This document shows positions 11,150 through 22,974 of a DNA stretch of 64,000 bases, piece after piece. Position 1 is the stretch's first letter; every line of letters begins with the position of its first letter. The stretch comes from Mizuhopecten yessoensis. Taxonomy: Eukaryota. The notes below the pieces were generated by a model. That model did no database searches and was not told the DNA's origin. It saw only the letters and a program-made list of their open reading frames with translations. A program made the translations under genes and the position numbers. The stretch is taken from the NCBI RefSeq assembly GCF_002113885.1, contig NW_018404058.1, forward strand, positions 726,860-790,859. Reading direction: 5' to 3'.

Positions 11150-13581
11150 GTTATAACCCAGGGACCCGCTCACTAGTTCAGCAACGTCGAGCGTGGTCAA
11201 GTGGTATAACCCAGGGACCCGCTCACTAGTTCAGCAAACTCAAGCGTGGTCAAGTGGTATAACCCAGGGACCCGCTCACTAGTTCACCAACGTCGAGCGT
11301 GGTCCCGCTCACTAGTTCAGAAACGTCGAGCATGGTCAAGTGGTATAACTCAGGGACCCGCTCACTAGTGCAGCAACGTCGAGAGTGGTCAAGTGGTATA
11401 ACTCAGGGACCCGCTCACTAGTCCAGCAAACTCAAGCGTGGTCAAATGGTATAACCCAGGGACCGCCTCACTGGTTCAGCAACGTCGAGCGGGGTCAAGC
11501 GGTATAACCCAGGGACCGCCTCACTGGTTCAGCAACGTCGAGAGTGGTCAAACTGTATTACCCAGGGACCCGTTCCCTAGTTCAGCAACGTCGAGAATGG
11601 TTAAACGGTATTACCCAGGGACCCGCTCACGAGTTCAGCAATGTCGAGCATGGTCAAGTGGTATAACTCAGGGACCCGCTCACTAGTTCAGCACCGTCGA
11701 GAGTGGTCAAACTGTATTACCCAGGGACCCGTTCCCTAGTTCAGCAACGGCGAGCGGGGTCAAACGGAATTACCCAGGGACCCGCTCACTAGTTCAGCAA
11801 CGTCGAGCATGGTCAAGTGGTATAACCCAGGGACCCGTTCACTAGTTCAGCAACGTCGAGCGTGGTCAAGCAGTATAACCCAGGGACCCGCTTACTAGTT
11901 CAGCAACGTCGAGCGTGGTCAAGTGGTATAACCCAGCGACCCGCTCACTAGTTCACCAACGTCGAGCGGGGTCAAGCGGTATAACCCAGGGACCCGCTCA
12001 CTAGTTCAGCAACATCGAGCATGGTCAAGTGGTATAACCCAGGGACCCGGGGGCTAGTTCAGCAACGTCGAGCGTGGTCAAGCGGTATTACCCAGGGACC
12101 CGCTCACTAGTTCAGCAACGTCGTGCGTGGTCAAGTGGTATAACCCAGGGACCGCTCACTAGTTCACCAACGTCGAGCGTGGTCAAGCGGTATAACCCGG
12201 GGACCCGCTTACTAGTTAAGCAACGTCGAGCGTGGTCAAGTGGTATAACCCAGGGACCCGCTCACTAGTTCACCAACGTCGAGCGTGGTCAAGCGGTATA
12301 ACCCAGGGACCCCCTCACTATTCAGCAACGTCGAGCGTGGTCAAGTGGTATAACCCAGGGACCCGCTCACTAGTTCAGCAACGTCGAGCGTGGTCAAGGG
12401 GTATAACCCAGGGACCCGCTCACTAGTTCAGCAACGTCGAGCGTGGTCAAGCGGTATTACCCAGGGACCCGCTCACTTGTTCAGCAACGTCGAGCGTGGT
12501 CAAGCATTACCCAGGGACCCGCTCACTAGTTCAGCAACGTCGAGCGTGGTCAAGCGGTATTACCCAGGGACCCGCTCACTAGTTCAGCAACGTCGAGCAT
12601 GGTCAAGCATCACCCAGGGACCCGCTCACTAGTTCAGCAATGTCGAGGGTGGTCAAGCGTTATAACCCAGGGACCCGCTCACTAGTTCAGCAACGTCGAA
12701 CGTGCTCAAGTGGTATAACCCAGGGACCCACTCACTAGTTCAGCAACATCGAGCGTGGTCAAGCAGTATAACCCAGGGACCCGCTCACTAGTTCAGCAAC
12801 ATCGAGCGTGGTCAAGCAGTATAACCCAGGGACCCGCCCACTAGTTCAGCAACGTCAAGCGGGGTCAAGTGGTATAACCCAGGGACCCGCTCACTAGTTC
12901 ACCAACGTCGAGCGTGGTCAAGCAGTATAACCCAGGGACCCGCCCACTAGTTCAGCAACGTCAAGCGTGGTCAAGTGGTATAACCCAGGGACCCGCTCAC
13001 TAGTTCCCCAACGTCGAGCGTGGTCAAGCAGTATAACCCAGGGGCCCGCTCACTAGTTCAGCAACGTCGAGCGTGGTCGAGCAGTATAACCCAGGGACCC
13101 GCGCACTAGTTCAGCAATGTCGAGCGTGGTCAAGCAGTATAACCTAGGGACCCACTCACTAGTTCACCAACGTCGAGCGTTGTCAAGCGGTATTATCCAG
13201 GGACCCGCTCACTAGTTCAACAACGTCGAGCGTGGTCAAGCGATATTACCCAGGGACCCGCTCCCTAGTTCAGCAATGTCGAGCGTGGTCGAGCAGTAGG
13301 TATTACCCAGGGACCCGCTCACTAGTTCACCAACGTCGAGCGTGGTCAAGCGATATTACCCAGGGACCCGCTCACTAGTTCAGCAATGTCGAGCGTGGTC
13401 AAGCAGTATAACCCAGGGACCCACTCACTAGTTCACCAACGTCGAGCGTGGTCAAGCGGTATTATCCAGGGACCCGCTCACTAGTTCACCAACGTCGAGC
13501 GTGGTCAAGCGGTATTACCCAGGGACCCGCTCACTAGTTCAGCAACGTTGAGCGTGGTCAGTAGCTGGATGGCTGACCACC
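11150..13581 (+). repeat. Minisatellite, ~53-bp unit (~45 copies), derived from a 5S rRNA-related (SINE3-like) sequence
   Basis: Unit gtataacccagggacccgctcactagttcagcaacgtcgagcgtggtcaagtg; gtt(c/a)agcaacgtcgagc and the terminal ggtcagtagctggatggctgaccacc match the 5S internal control region. Confidence 0.85.
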
Positions 13582-14531
13582 AGCACAAGACTTTTCAGAA
13601 GGGGGAATAGTGTATACTTATATATAATTAACAGCTATGGAATCTGAACGGAAAATACTGCCTCACTGGCAGACTAGCTCTTCCAGTAGTATGGTATAAC
13701 CTGAGCAACCTGCTTACTAGTTCAGCAAGAGTGGTCAGTAGCTGGATGGCTGACCACCCACATTTTACACTACTCTGTTACATATTAGTTAAACCAAAAC
13801 CCCTAAACAACATCTATTATTTGATAAGAAGTGATTAATACACCATCAGTTGTCCTGTAATAAACTCAATATTCAGCAAAGACCGGCCAATGAGAGCCCT
13901 GCATCCGATAGTGTCACATACATGCCTGATTTCCTGGGAGACCAATCTTTGAGTTTATTACCTTCATCAGATTAAAGGAAATTTGGGTCCAAATAAGGGA
14001 TGAGCAGCGTATTTCATTGCGTAAAATCCTAGTATTTTATTCCACTATAGTTCTATGAAATAGGGTACAAAATAATAGTTTTTGCATATGATAATAAGAA
14101 GCATTAACAGAGTATCACACAGTTGAGATATCAGACTGAAGAAGCAGATTTTAAAATGAAATTAAGTTTGACAGGTTTAAAGCATGCTGTCATTCTTTTG
14201 CTGTTCATTGTCAGATCAATATGTACAATAAATACATAACTGTAACACTAATAGAATAAAAGTAATGACTGCATGTAATCTAAGGAATACTGTGAATATG
14301 ATCTGGGAAACTGCAAAAAAGTTTAACTGGGATTACTAAACATAAACACAACAACAGCTGTAAAATGTAAACAACTGTTTGGGTAGACATCTAAACTAAT
14401 AGTGGTTAAGAGCTCAGAAAGAAACCTCTTCTGTCCCATCGGTTTCTGTGTGTATCTGGACTGTCACTATGTGTACGAGGTAGCGTACTAGGACAATCAA
14501 CCTGTGGCTGTCAACATCTAAACATGCTTAC

Positions 14532-14595
14532 CTGTGTCAGCATGTGTACATACATCTGTCAATCGCCATGTTCCATTTACCCGCGGAAACTCAAA
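14532..14595 (-). promoter_or_regulatory. RECQL4: Probable non-coding first exon / promoter of RECQL4
   Basis: An acceptor just before the ATG requires an upstream exon; a strong minus-strand donor CAG|gtaagc lies at 14531, preceded by a YY1-like aacatggcg and an E2F-like tttccgcggg. Inference only. Confidence 0.45.
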
Positions 14596-14877
14596 ACGAG
14601 GCTGGTGGGGAATTCCAAAAAACTACACAAAAATTTGCGGTGGTGCAAGAAAGATAACTCGAACAGTTTAGGTCTCGCACAAGATGTCAAAATTGTCATG
14701 AATCAAGAAAAATGTTTGACAGCGATTAATTAAACTACGCACAACAGTGCAACATACTTTTGACGTCATTTCGTTTTAGATTTGCTTCAAAAAGCTGCGT
14801 CAGGGAACTTGCCAATGCATGTTTTTTTCACTTAAGAAAGCAGATGTATCATTTCATTCGATCACTGGTCCCTTCAG

Positions 14878-15647
14878 CTAAATATCTGGGCATCAAGCAA
14901 ACTTAAAATGGTCAATACAGACAACATCATAGCTAATGGCAGCAAATATTTAGGCTTCCTAAAAGGAAATTTAAAAACATCATGTCAGAACATCAAGACT
15001 CAGGCATATCTGGCGCTAGTTCGACCAAAACTGGAATATTCATGTACAATATGCATGGGACCCTCACACAGTTGAACAAACTTCTAAAATCGAGATGGTC
15101 CAACGACGAGCTGCCAGATATGTCTGTAACAGGTACCATAACATCAGTAGTCCTACAGATATGATAAATTCATTAAACTGGCCAACACTACAAGAAAGAA
15201 GACTCCGCACAAAATTAATAATGTTCTACAAAATAGTCTATCAAATTGTAGCAATCCCATCTGCTATTCTCATACCATCAGACAGTAGAACCCGCAAAAA
15301 ATCATAATTTCACTTGCAGACACATTTCAACCAAAAAAAGATGCTTTAAAATTTTCATTTTTTTCCTTATACCATAACTCAATGGAATTTATTACCAATC
15401 CATACAGTCACTGTCACAACAGTCGACACTTTCAGAGAACAGCTCACACCAGCTGTTCTCCACAAATTCATTTATTTTTTACAAGCCTATGTACATAGTT
15501 TTAATCACAATTTGAAATGTATGCACTCCAAATTCATTTTCATTATTTTGGTATTCTTGTAAATATATATATAGGCCACGCTGCGCAAAACAGTAAATAA
15601 TCCTCAGATCATTGAAGGACAACTGATAACCTAAAGAAAAAGAAGAA
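14878..15647 (+). mobile_element. 5'-truncated, frameshifted non-LTR retrotransposon (CR1/L2 group), ORF2 C-terminus plus 3' UTR
   Basis: Motifs YLALVRPKLEYS, VQRRAARYVCNRY, LNWPTLQERR, FYKI and FSFFPYTITQWNLLP across frameshifts; ends in an (AAG)n-like tail. Confidence 0.88.
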
Positions 15648-15989
15648 AGTCACAAATAAGGTATATTTTCTTAAAAAGTCGCATTTTACGGACCGTTACT
15701 TAACGGCTAGACCCAGTAATATCTAAATTCTCCAAATACTGTCGCTCCAATTTCTATAAACCTTTGCAGATCGTTTGAATAGATTAAGAACTTGCACCAA
15801 ACCGAATACAGGCAAACGACATAACACATTCATCTAGAAATCATATTGCGAATGAACGGACATTTTGAACAACTAAAAACACTACACAAATGATACAAGT
15901 GGGTTTCCTGTATTTTTTGCAACATTAAAAAATGATATAGACTTTCAAGTATCATATATTATTGCCGTAATTACAAGTCTTAAAAAATT

Positions 15990-17107
15990 GATGGGAAAAT
16001 ATGACGTTGCATGCTTTATGACGTCATAGTTATGATGATTCCAGCGTGGGCCGAACTTATCCCAGACCGCACGTTCGAACAGGCACGGGGCACAATCGAC
16101 CATCCAATATTCCGATAGACAAAGACAAATAATTCTTCGGATATAGACGTGTATAGCGATTTTTTTATTATTTCGTGTAATTTCTCTTTCAAATGGTTAT
16201 ATGCACACATACATTTCAACAAACACCATACTGCCCAGAACGACTTTAATAAATCTGGGCCGGACTTTCCCCAGTATCCTCTAAACACAAAAACAAACAT
16301 CATATCGAGAACAACGATTAATCAGAATGTAGGTCAAATAGTTCATTTTGAACTTTTATTTAGCACTAACATCTGATGGATTAGGGTTTTGGTCAGTGAG
16401 GCTTAGATTTGATGACGTGTCCGACACCAGTATGACGTAGATCTGTACTTTTACGTACTATTCGTGTCAAAGTTGACCATGGCAAGATCGGTCCCGGATT
16501 AGGTCCGGCCATCCCTCATATTTTCGGTCTTTAGCATATATTTTCATTTTTGATGATTTCAGCGGTTAGGTTGGCTATATAGGACATTCACATCGAAAGA
16601 AGACTCATTCATAAAATTATTAAAAGAGAGAAAGATACTTTTGGGAGGGAGAAAGACCTTGCTGTTTTCTAGTTTTGCGAACTTTCTGTAAACCAAATTG
16701 CTACTTTCGTATTGATGTAATATAGGAATTTAATGAAATGTCTATTCTGAGCAGGTTCGGGCCATGATACCGGGGCAAGTTATATAAAATGTCGGGAAAT
16801 TGGTGGGGAAATCTGACGTTGCATGCTTTATGACGTCATAATTGTGATAACCGAACTTAATTGCCCAAGGCCGGGCACGTACGACCATCCAATCTTCCGA
16901 TAAAAGAAGATATAAATATTTGTTCAGATATGGACGTTTTAGTCCTTTTTATCATCATTTTATGAAAGGCATGGAATTTCTCTTTCAAATGGTGTAAAAA
17001 TTTATACATAGGTCTAAATTTCAACAAATGCTATATGTATTACCCAAAACGACTATATAGCCACTTTAAATAAGCAAAATGGGCCGAACTTGCCCCGGTC
17101 TCCCCTA
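15990..17107. mobile_element. Two diverged ~280-300 bp copies (15990-16283 and 16805-17107) of a probable DNA-transposon terminus
   Basis: Both share gggaaa..tgacgttgcatgctttatgacgtcata...tttctctttcaaatggt...gggccg(a/g)actt(g/t)cccc; the second ends ccccggtctcccta, resembling Tc1/mariner-pogo-type ends. Family call is tentative. Confidence 0.5.
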
Positions 17108-17959
17108 AACTGTGTCGATATGGCATTTACAGTCTATATGAACGACACAACTTTGCAAATCATAATAGACTCTATGACATATCTTATGACATAGTTCAAT
17201 GCTACCATTTTGGGGATATTTTAAAAGCATATAAATTGAATTTTATTGAATAAAATCCAGCTATTTGTTCAAATTAATGTACGCACTGCATGCGTATGCT
17301 TGTTCGATGAATAAAAAGGCCATCTTCCTCTGAGGGACAGTAGTCTCACAGTTATGACATCATTATAATGTATATGATGTTAACACGTGAGCCCGCGTAG
17401 CATTCACATTATATATTTAAATACTGATGACGTACCAAGCCTGCCGGGATACGACAGTATCGATATATATGTGGACAATATTAAAAAAAAGTTTTTATTT
17501 AATTAACATGAGTTAGGATAACAAGGAATATTAGATTATTTTAAAGTATAACTGTATTTTTTTACAAGAAATTTCGTTTTCTATTAAATTAAACCCTGTA
17601 TGTGCATCTACCGTAGCGTTCATGATTAATAACATCTTATCTCCTCCAGGTCTCATTAATCTACACAACATCCTTATCTGGGAAATCAGTGAGTACATTA
17701 TTACACAATAGGTTATCGGGGTACCCGAGTGCAACTTTCTTGTGGCAGCAGACTCACTTGCTAGTTGCGCATGTCGGATGACCTTAATAGAAAGGTCATA
17801 TATATTTTGCTGGAGACACTCGTTGTAGTCCCTACAATGATAGGGGATTGGCGACAATCTCGCCACAGGATGGCTACGGACACAAGTCTACGATAACTAG
17901 GTTGCCAACGTAAATTGGTAGCTCTGATTTGGTCATTAAGTTGACGTACGTTTGGCAGA

Positions 17960-18164
17960 ATGGACGGGAGAACGCGATGGCTGTCTTTGTTGGCGATCAG
18001 CTGTGCGTTTGTGTATTGGGTGCCTGTGAATGCCCATGTTTCGGAGGGACAAGAATCAAACAACGAAACAGAACGATACCAGCTAGTTGTGTTCGACTTT
18101 GCCAGAGTGGAACTACCTTATGTGATTTGTCTGTGGATTCTTATTGTTAGCTTGGCCAGAATAG
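17960..18164 (+). CDS. Na+/H+ exchanger (SLC9A/NHE, plasma-membrane NHE1-5 clade-like) exon 1 of 12; gene 17960-39088, ~958 aa
   Basis: Signal-peptide-like start, then FDFARVELPYVICLWILIVSLARI, typical of the first NHE helix; donor TAG|gtaaaa, phase 1. Confidence 0.9.
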
Positions 18165-19074
18165 GTAAAAAAGACCGGGTGACACCTGTGAGATTGGTGT
18201 AAGAAATGGGGGGGGGGGGTCAATGCTATCTGAAAATGTGAAAAACCTTTCTTTCAACTACACCAATTTAAAACGGTACCGTATATATCCCGTTACAGTT
18301 TCTAAATATCCATATCAACATATTTGGGGAAAACAGTTTTCATAGAAAGCAATAATCTGCTCTAACCACAATATAACCATGAAATTAGTCCTTGATATAA
18401 CAGATATACTGTAAGACAAAAGAAATGTAAGTAGTGTGTTTAGATTTTGAAAGAGTTTAATTCACTAAATACATCCCCGCCATATAGTATAGTTGTCTTA
18501 GATTATAATTATATATAAACCTGTGGTTTACTGGTTATTGATTGTTTAAAGGAGTGACATATTTTCTAACACATGTGGTATATATGCCGCCTACGTATCT
18601 ACTACAAACAAGCTACATACTGAAATACAATACAATCTATAATCATGTTATTTCCCCATAATAATATTGTGACGTACATCAACAACCCACCTGGCCATCT
18701 ACGCTCAGCTGGATTGACAAATCTATAAAAGGGATTCAATAGAATCGCACAAGAATACCTGGGTAATCATATAAATGACGATTTTATAGTCTTTGTGAAA
18801 CTGTGGATACTCTTGCGGCAATCTTGTAAAAAGAAAATTCTAAAAATCCATTAGTGATTTCATGTCTGCATTCATTGATTGGACCAAATCTTCCATTGTA
18901 ATTAGGCAAACATTTTTATGTATTAATAGTTATAGGCAATTAAGGATGTTAAATAATACTGATTTGACAGATAAACCCATTTATTACCATAGGCATTAAA
19001 AATCTGCTGTTTATTTTTAATAAAGAAATTTGAAGTTTAAAGGAATAAATAGTTTCATCAAATCCATGTTTAGT

Positions 19075-19287
19075 CCCTAAAATTGAGCATTTTCAAACAG
19101 AGAATTTCCTGAACTATTCCTGTTTTCTAATAAAAATATAAGCTCTGATGATTCCATCTGAAAGAAATGCCCTAAAGATGCCATTTTAATGTTCTTTTTT
19201 CCCTAGGGTACACAAACACATTTTTATGCTTTAAATACAAGCAGGGGTAATCTCCCTCCTGGAAATCGCAAAAAGTTGGCAAGTATG
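19075..19287 (+). mobile_element. Partial copy of the MITE at 45861-46127
   Basis: Shares taaaattgagcatttt...gatgatt.catctgaaagaa...aaaaagttggcaagtatg. Confidence 0.7.
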
Positions 19288-20909
19288 ATGGTCCTGAAAA
19301 CCTTGAATACATTTGAAATATAAAAAAAGATAACAAAATATTAAGTCCATTCTATTAATATTGATCAGGGTAATTGAGAACCCGCTATAATAATCTCTCC
19401 GCTGAATATTTTCATTTTGTAATACATGTATATGGTGAAGTTGAGGTCACATCTATCTCTTCCCTTTGAAATTTGTGTATCAATAACATGATCTCCATAA
19501 ATATCAGGAAGTTAAAAACAAAATGATTATTTTTTTCTCCAACTAGTAGCAGTACAGATACAATATGTTCATACATATATGTACCGTAAATCTTGTAATT
19601 ATCTGACGTCCAGACTTTACACCTGTGATACACAGGTGAGAAATATGTAATTATCTGTCAAGTGACACAGTGACACCTGTTCCAGGAATAGATAAGATTA
19701 ATGCTAGGAACATGAAAGGTCAGGGATAAATCATGTGATATTTGTGGAATAAGTGGTAAGTGGAAAGGTTATTTTACAAACCATATATATAAGATCTTAG
19801 TCTGGACCAAGCAAACTGTTTTTCAGATAGGGGTAATAAAGTAATGCCAGTTTGGGGAAATGGTATTGAATTCTATATTAATGTCAGGAAAATATTTGAC
19901 ATATATATATACATTCAATTTTAAATAATACAAAAAAAAAATGCTAAATTTTTAAAAACAATATTCATGTTTTTGAAAATTGGGTAAAAGAGGCTTGATG
20001 GTATTTTAAAATTCAGTTACAACAGTTATTGACATGGATAAAAGCAGCCAGGTGAATTGGTTTGGTATGTAGCCAGGTGAATTGGTTTGGTATGTAGTCA
20101 AATTTGTTCATATTGTACCAGTAATATCTACATCAAAACATTTAAGAAATACACTAATCTGTTATCAGGACTGTTTTTTCCGCAATGTTGTATTTCTCAC
20201 TCCAACTCGCTCCTGGTTCCAGAATACAAGTTCAAGTGAAACATCTAGATTATTTTGTAAACTGGAAACCTCTCTATTCTGATCTAAGATTTATAATATA
20301 TTTACCGTTGATGATGGTTTACGTTGATTTTAGTGTATACAATGAGCTGGGATGTGATTACAGTTCCTGAGGAATACACGTGTAGAATATTAGATTCTTG
20401 TGGTCAATATCAGCTTTAGAAACTGGAAAATGTCAAATAGATATGTTATGATATAAACCTAGCTTTGAATTCATTAAAACCAATAAATTAAAACTGCAGC
20501 CTGGAGTTGGAGACATGTAAACAATCGCTGTGGTTGACCACGAGGGTTAGCTCTGTTGACAGTCGCTGAGGGATTAATTGGTTGGGAATTATCTGCTGAG
20601 CAATACAAAGATGTTGATAAATATTGAGGATCTACCAATAGACTAATAACTTAAGACTTTTGAACTTCAGACCACAGAGATAAACCAAATAATTTCACTT
20701 CTGGTACATCCCGTTGGTCTGACGTGACAACAGAGGAATTTGTCTATCTGGTCAGCCAGAGTGTTTACTTTGTCCTATAACTAGGTCATCTACGATACTG
20801 GCCTAATAACTCCAGCCAAACCAAACCCATTTGTTGTTTACCAATACAGTAAAATGATGGCAAGCAAGGTTTTTTGACAAATAAGGATTGAACAGCGTTT
20901 TTTCAACTC

Positions 20910-21616
20910 AACTTGGTATAAATGGTAGGTGTAGCCCCCCTGGGGGCAGAGGGCCGGGGCCCAATAGGGGAAATAAAGGTAAAACTTTTAAAATCCTTCT
21001 TCTACCGTACAGATTAAGGTATTTTATCCTAATTTAGTCTGGAACGTCCTAGGGCCAAGGGGACTCAATTTTGTATAAATGGTGGGTGTGGCCCCCCTTG
21101 GGGCAGAGGGGCGGGGTCCAATAGGGGAAATAGAGGTAAAACCTTTAAAAACCTTTAGGTATTTTATCCTAATTTAGTCTGGAGCATCCTTGGGCCAAGG
21201 GGACTCTATTTTGTATAAATGGTGGGTGTGGCCCCCCGTGGGGCAGAGCCGTTTAGGGGAAATAGAGGTAAAACCTTCAAAATCCTTCTCCTACCGTAGG
21301 GATAAAGGGATTTTATCCTTACTCAGTCCGGAGCATCCTTGGGCCAGGGGGAATCAATTTTGTGTAAATGGTGGGTCTGGCCCCCCTGGGGGCTGAGGGG
21401 CATGGCCCAATAGGGGAAATATAGCAAATTCTTTAAAATCCTTCTTCTTCTGAAGGAATGAAAGGATTTGGTCCATATTTGGTGTTGAGCATCCTTGGGT
21501 GAAGAGGAACCAATTTTGTATAAGCAATGGGTGTGGTCTCCCAGGGGGCAGAAGGGCGGGGCCAACGCAAATCGGTTACATCCATATTGCATGGAGCCTG
21601 CTAGGGCTTCATGTTT
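20910..21616 (+). mobile_element. Helentron/HINE-type non-autonomous element fragment with ~4.5 internal ~130-155 bp tandem units
   Basis: Repeated ttttgtataaatggtgggtgtggcccccc...gggcccaataggggaaat...catccttggg; ends in a hairpin (catggagcc...ggcttcatg) then ttt; the same unit occurs at 30845-31050. Confidence 0.65.
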
Positions 21617-21797
21617 AATATGGTTGTTACGGATTTGCGTTCATACCGGCATGAAAGGTTAAAAAAACACACTGTTCAATCCATATATTTACATTTTTAC
21701 TATAGAACAATGTGTTTCTCCCCTTAAAGTGGTTCAGTTTCTACTAAATTCTGTGTTTACGTACATAATGGCAAGTGTCAGACTAAGTTCAATCGCC

Positions 21798-21958
21798 GAT
21801 ATAATGGAGGCATACTATTTAAGTAGATATAATGGAGGCATACTATTTAAGTAGATATAAAGGAGGCATATTATTTAAGTAGATATAATGGAGGCATACT
21901 ATTTAAGTAGATATAATGGAGGCTACTATTTAAGTAGATATAATGGAGGCATACTATT
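21798..21958. repeat. Tandem repeat, 28-bp unit (~6 copies)
   Basis: gatataatggaggcatactatttaagta. Confidence 0.9.
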
Positions 21959-22338
21959 AGTTTCAACCAAATTAAGTGTGTAGATCCATATTCTAGTATG
22001 CATGTAACATATATGCAAATTCTACGCTACCTATATCTACACCAAACTTCAACAACTGGACCACAGCGCTCACTGTCCTGAAAGTGGGGATATAAATTCA
22101 CAGAATTTGCTTATTTTTGACAGCACAGTACGTGATGAATTCTCTTGCCGCTTTATAATTGATTTTATTTTACATACAAACATCTGTAACATGCCCAATT
22201 TGATATGGACAAGTAATGATGTATCACCAAGATATTAGGGTTTGATTTAGCCTGAGCCCACTCCGCTGTAGATGACTAAGTATTGAGCTATAATAAAGAT
22301 TACAGTTTGTACGTTTCTATTCATTTCGTATGTTTCAG

Positions 22339-22805
22339 CATTCCATCTACACCACAAGCTACCCACAGTTATTCCTGAGAGTTGTCTCCTCATTGTTCTC
22401 GGCCTCATCGTTGGTGCTATCCTCCACTACAGCCATGTTGCCACTACCAGCGATTATGTCCTTGATGCCAACATATTTTTCATCTACCTGCTTCCTCCCA
22501 TCATCTTTGAGGCAGGCTACTTCATGCCCGTTCGTTCTTTCTTTGACAATCTCGGTACCATCCTACTTATGGCAGTGGTCAACACGTGTATCAGTTCTGG
22601 CCTCATCGGAGTATCCTTGTACGGCCTGTCCTGCTGGGGGCTGTTCGGCCGTAACATCAGCCTCCTTAGTTGTTTCATTTTTAGCAGCCTTATATCTGCG
22701 GTAGATCCAGTTGCTGTCCTTTCAATTTTTGAAGAAGTCCATGTCAATCAGATGCTTTACATCATTGTGTTTGGTGAATCACTCCTTAACGACGGCGTAA
22801 CTGTG
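22339..22805 (+). CDS. NHE exon 2
   Basis: [21 protein letters not shown]...[18 protein letters not shown]...FFDNLGTI...[19 protein letters not shown]...[13 protein letters not shown]; tttcag acceptor, gtatgt donor. Confidence 0.97.
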
Positions 22806-22974
22806 GTATGTATATTTATGTAAAAACAGGTCAATTTCTTGTTTACAGTTAAAAAATGTAATGTTTCTTGTTTACTTATTTGATTATCACATATTCATTA
22901 CTGAAAATCTGTCCAAAAAACTAAGAAAATTCTGTGGAATGTCATTATAAGGGTTTTGTACCTTAGACTTGAAA

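Noticed and set aside
11150-13581. Functional 5S rRNA or tRNA gene cluster
   Set aside because: Only an internal ~45-nt 5S-like segment is present; the 5' and 3' stems and the T-run terminator are missing.
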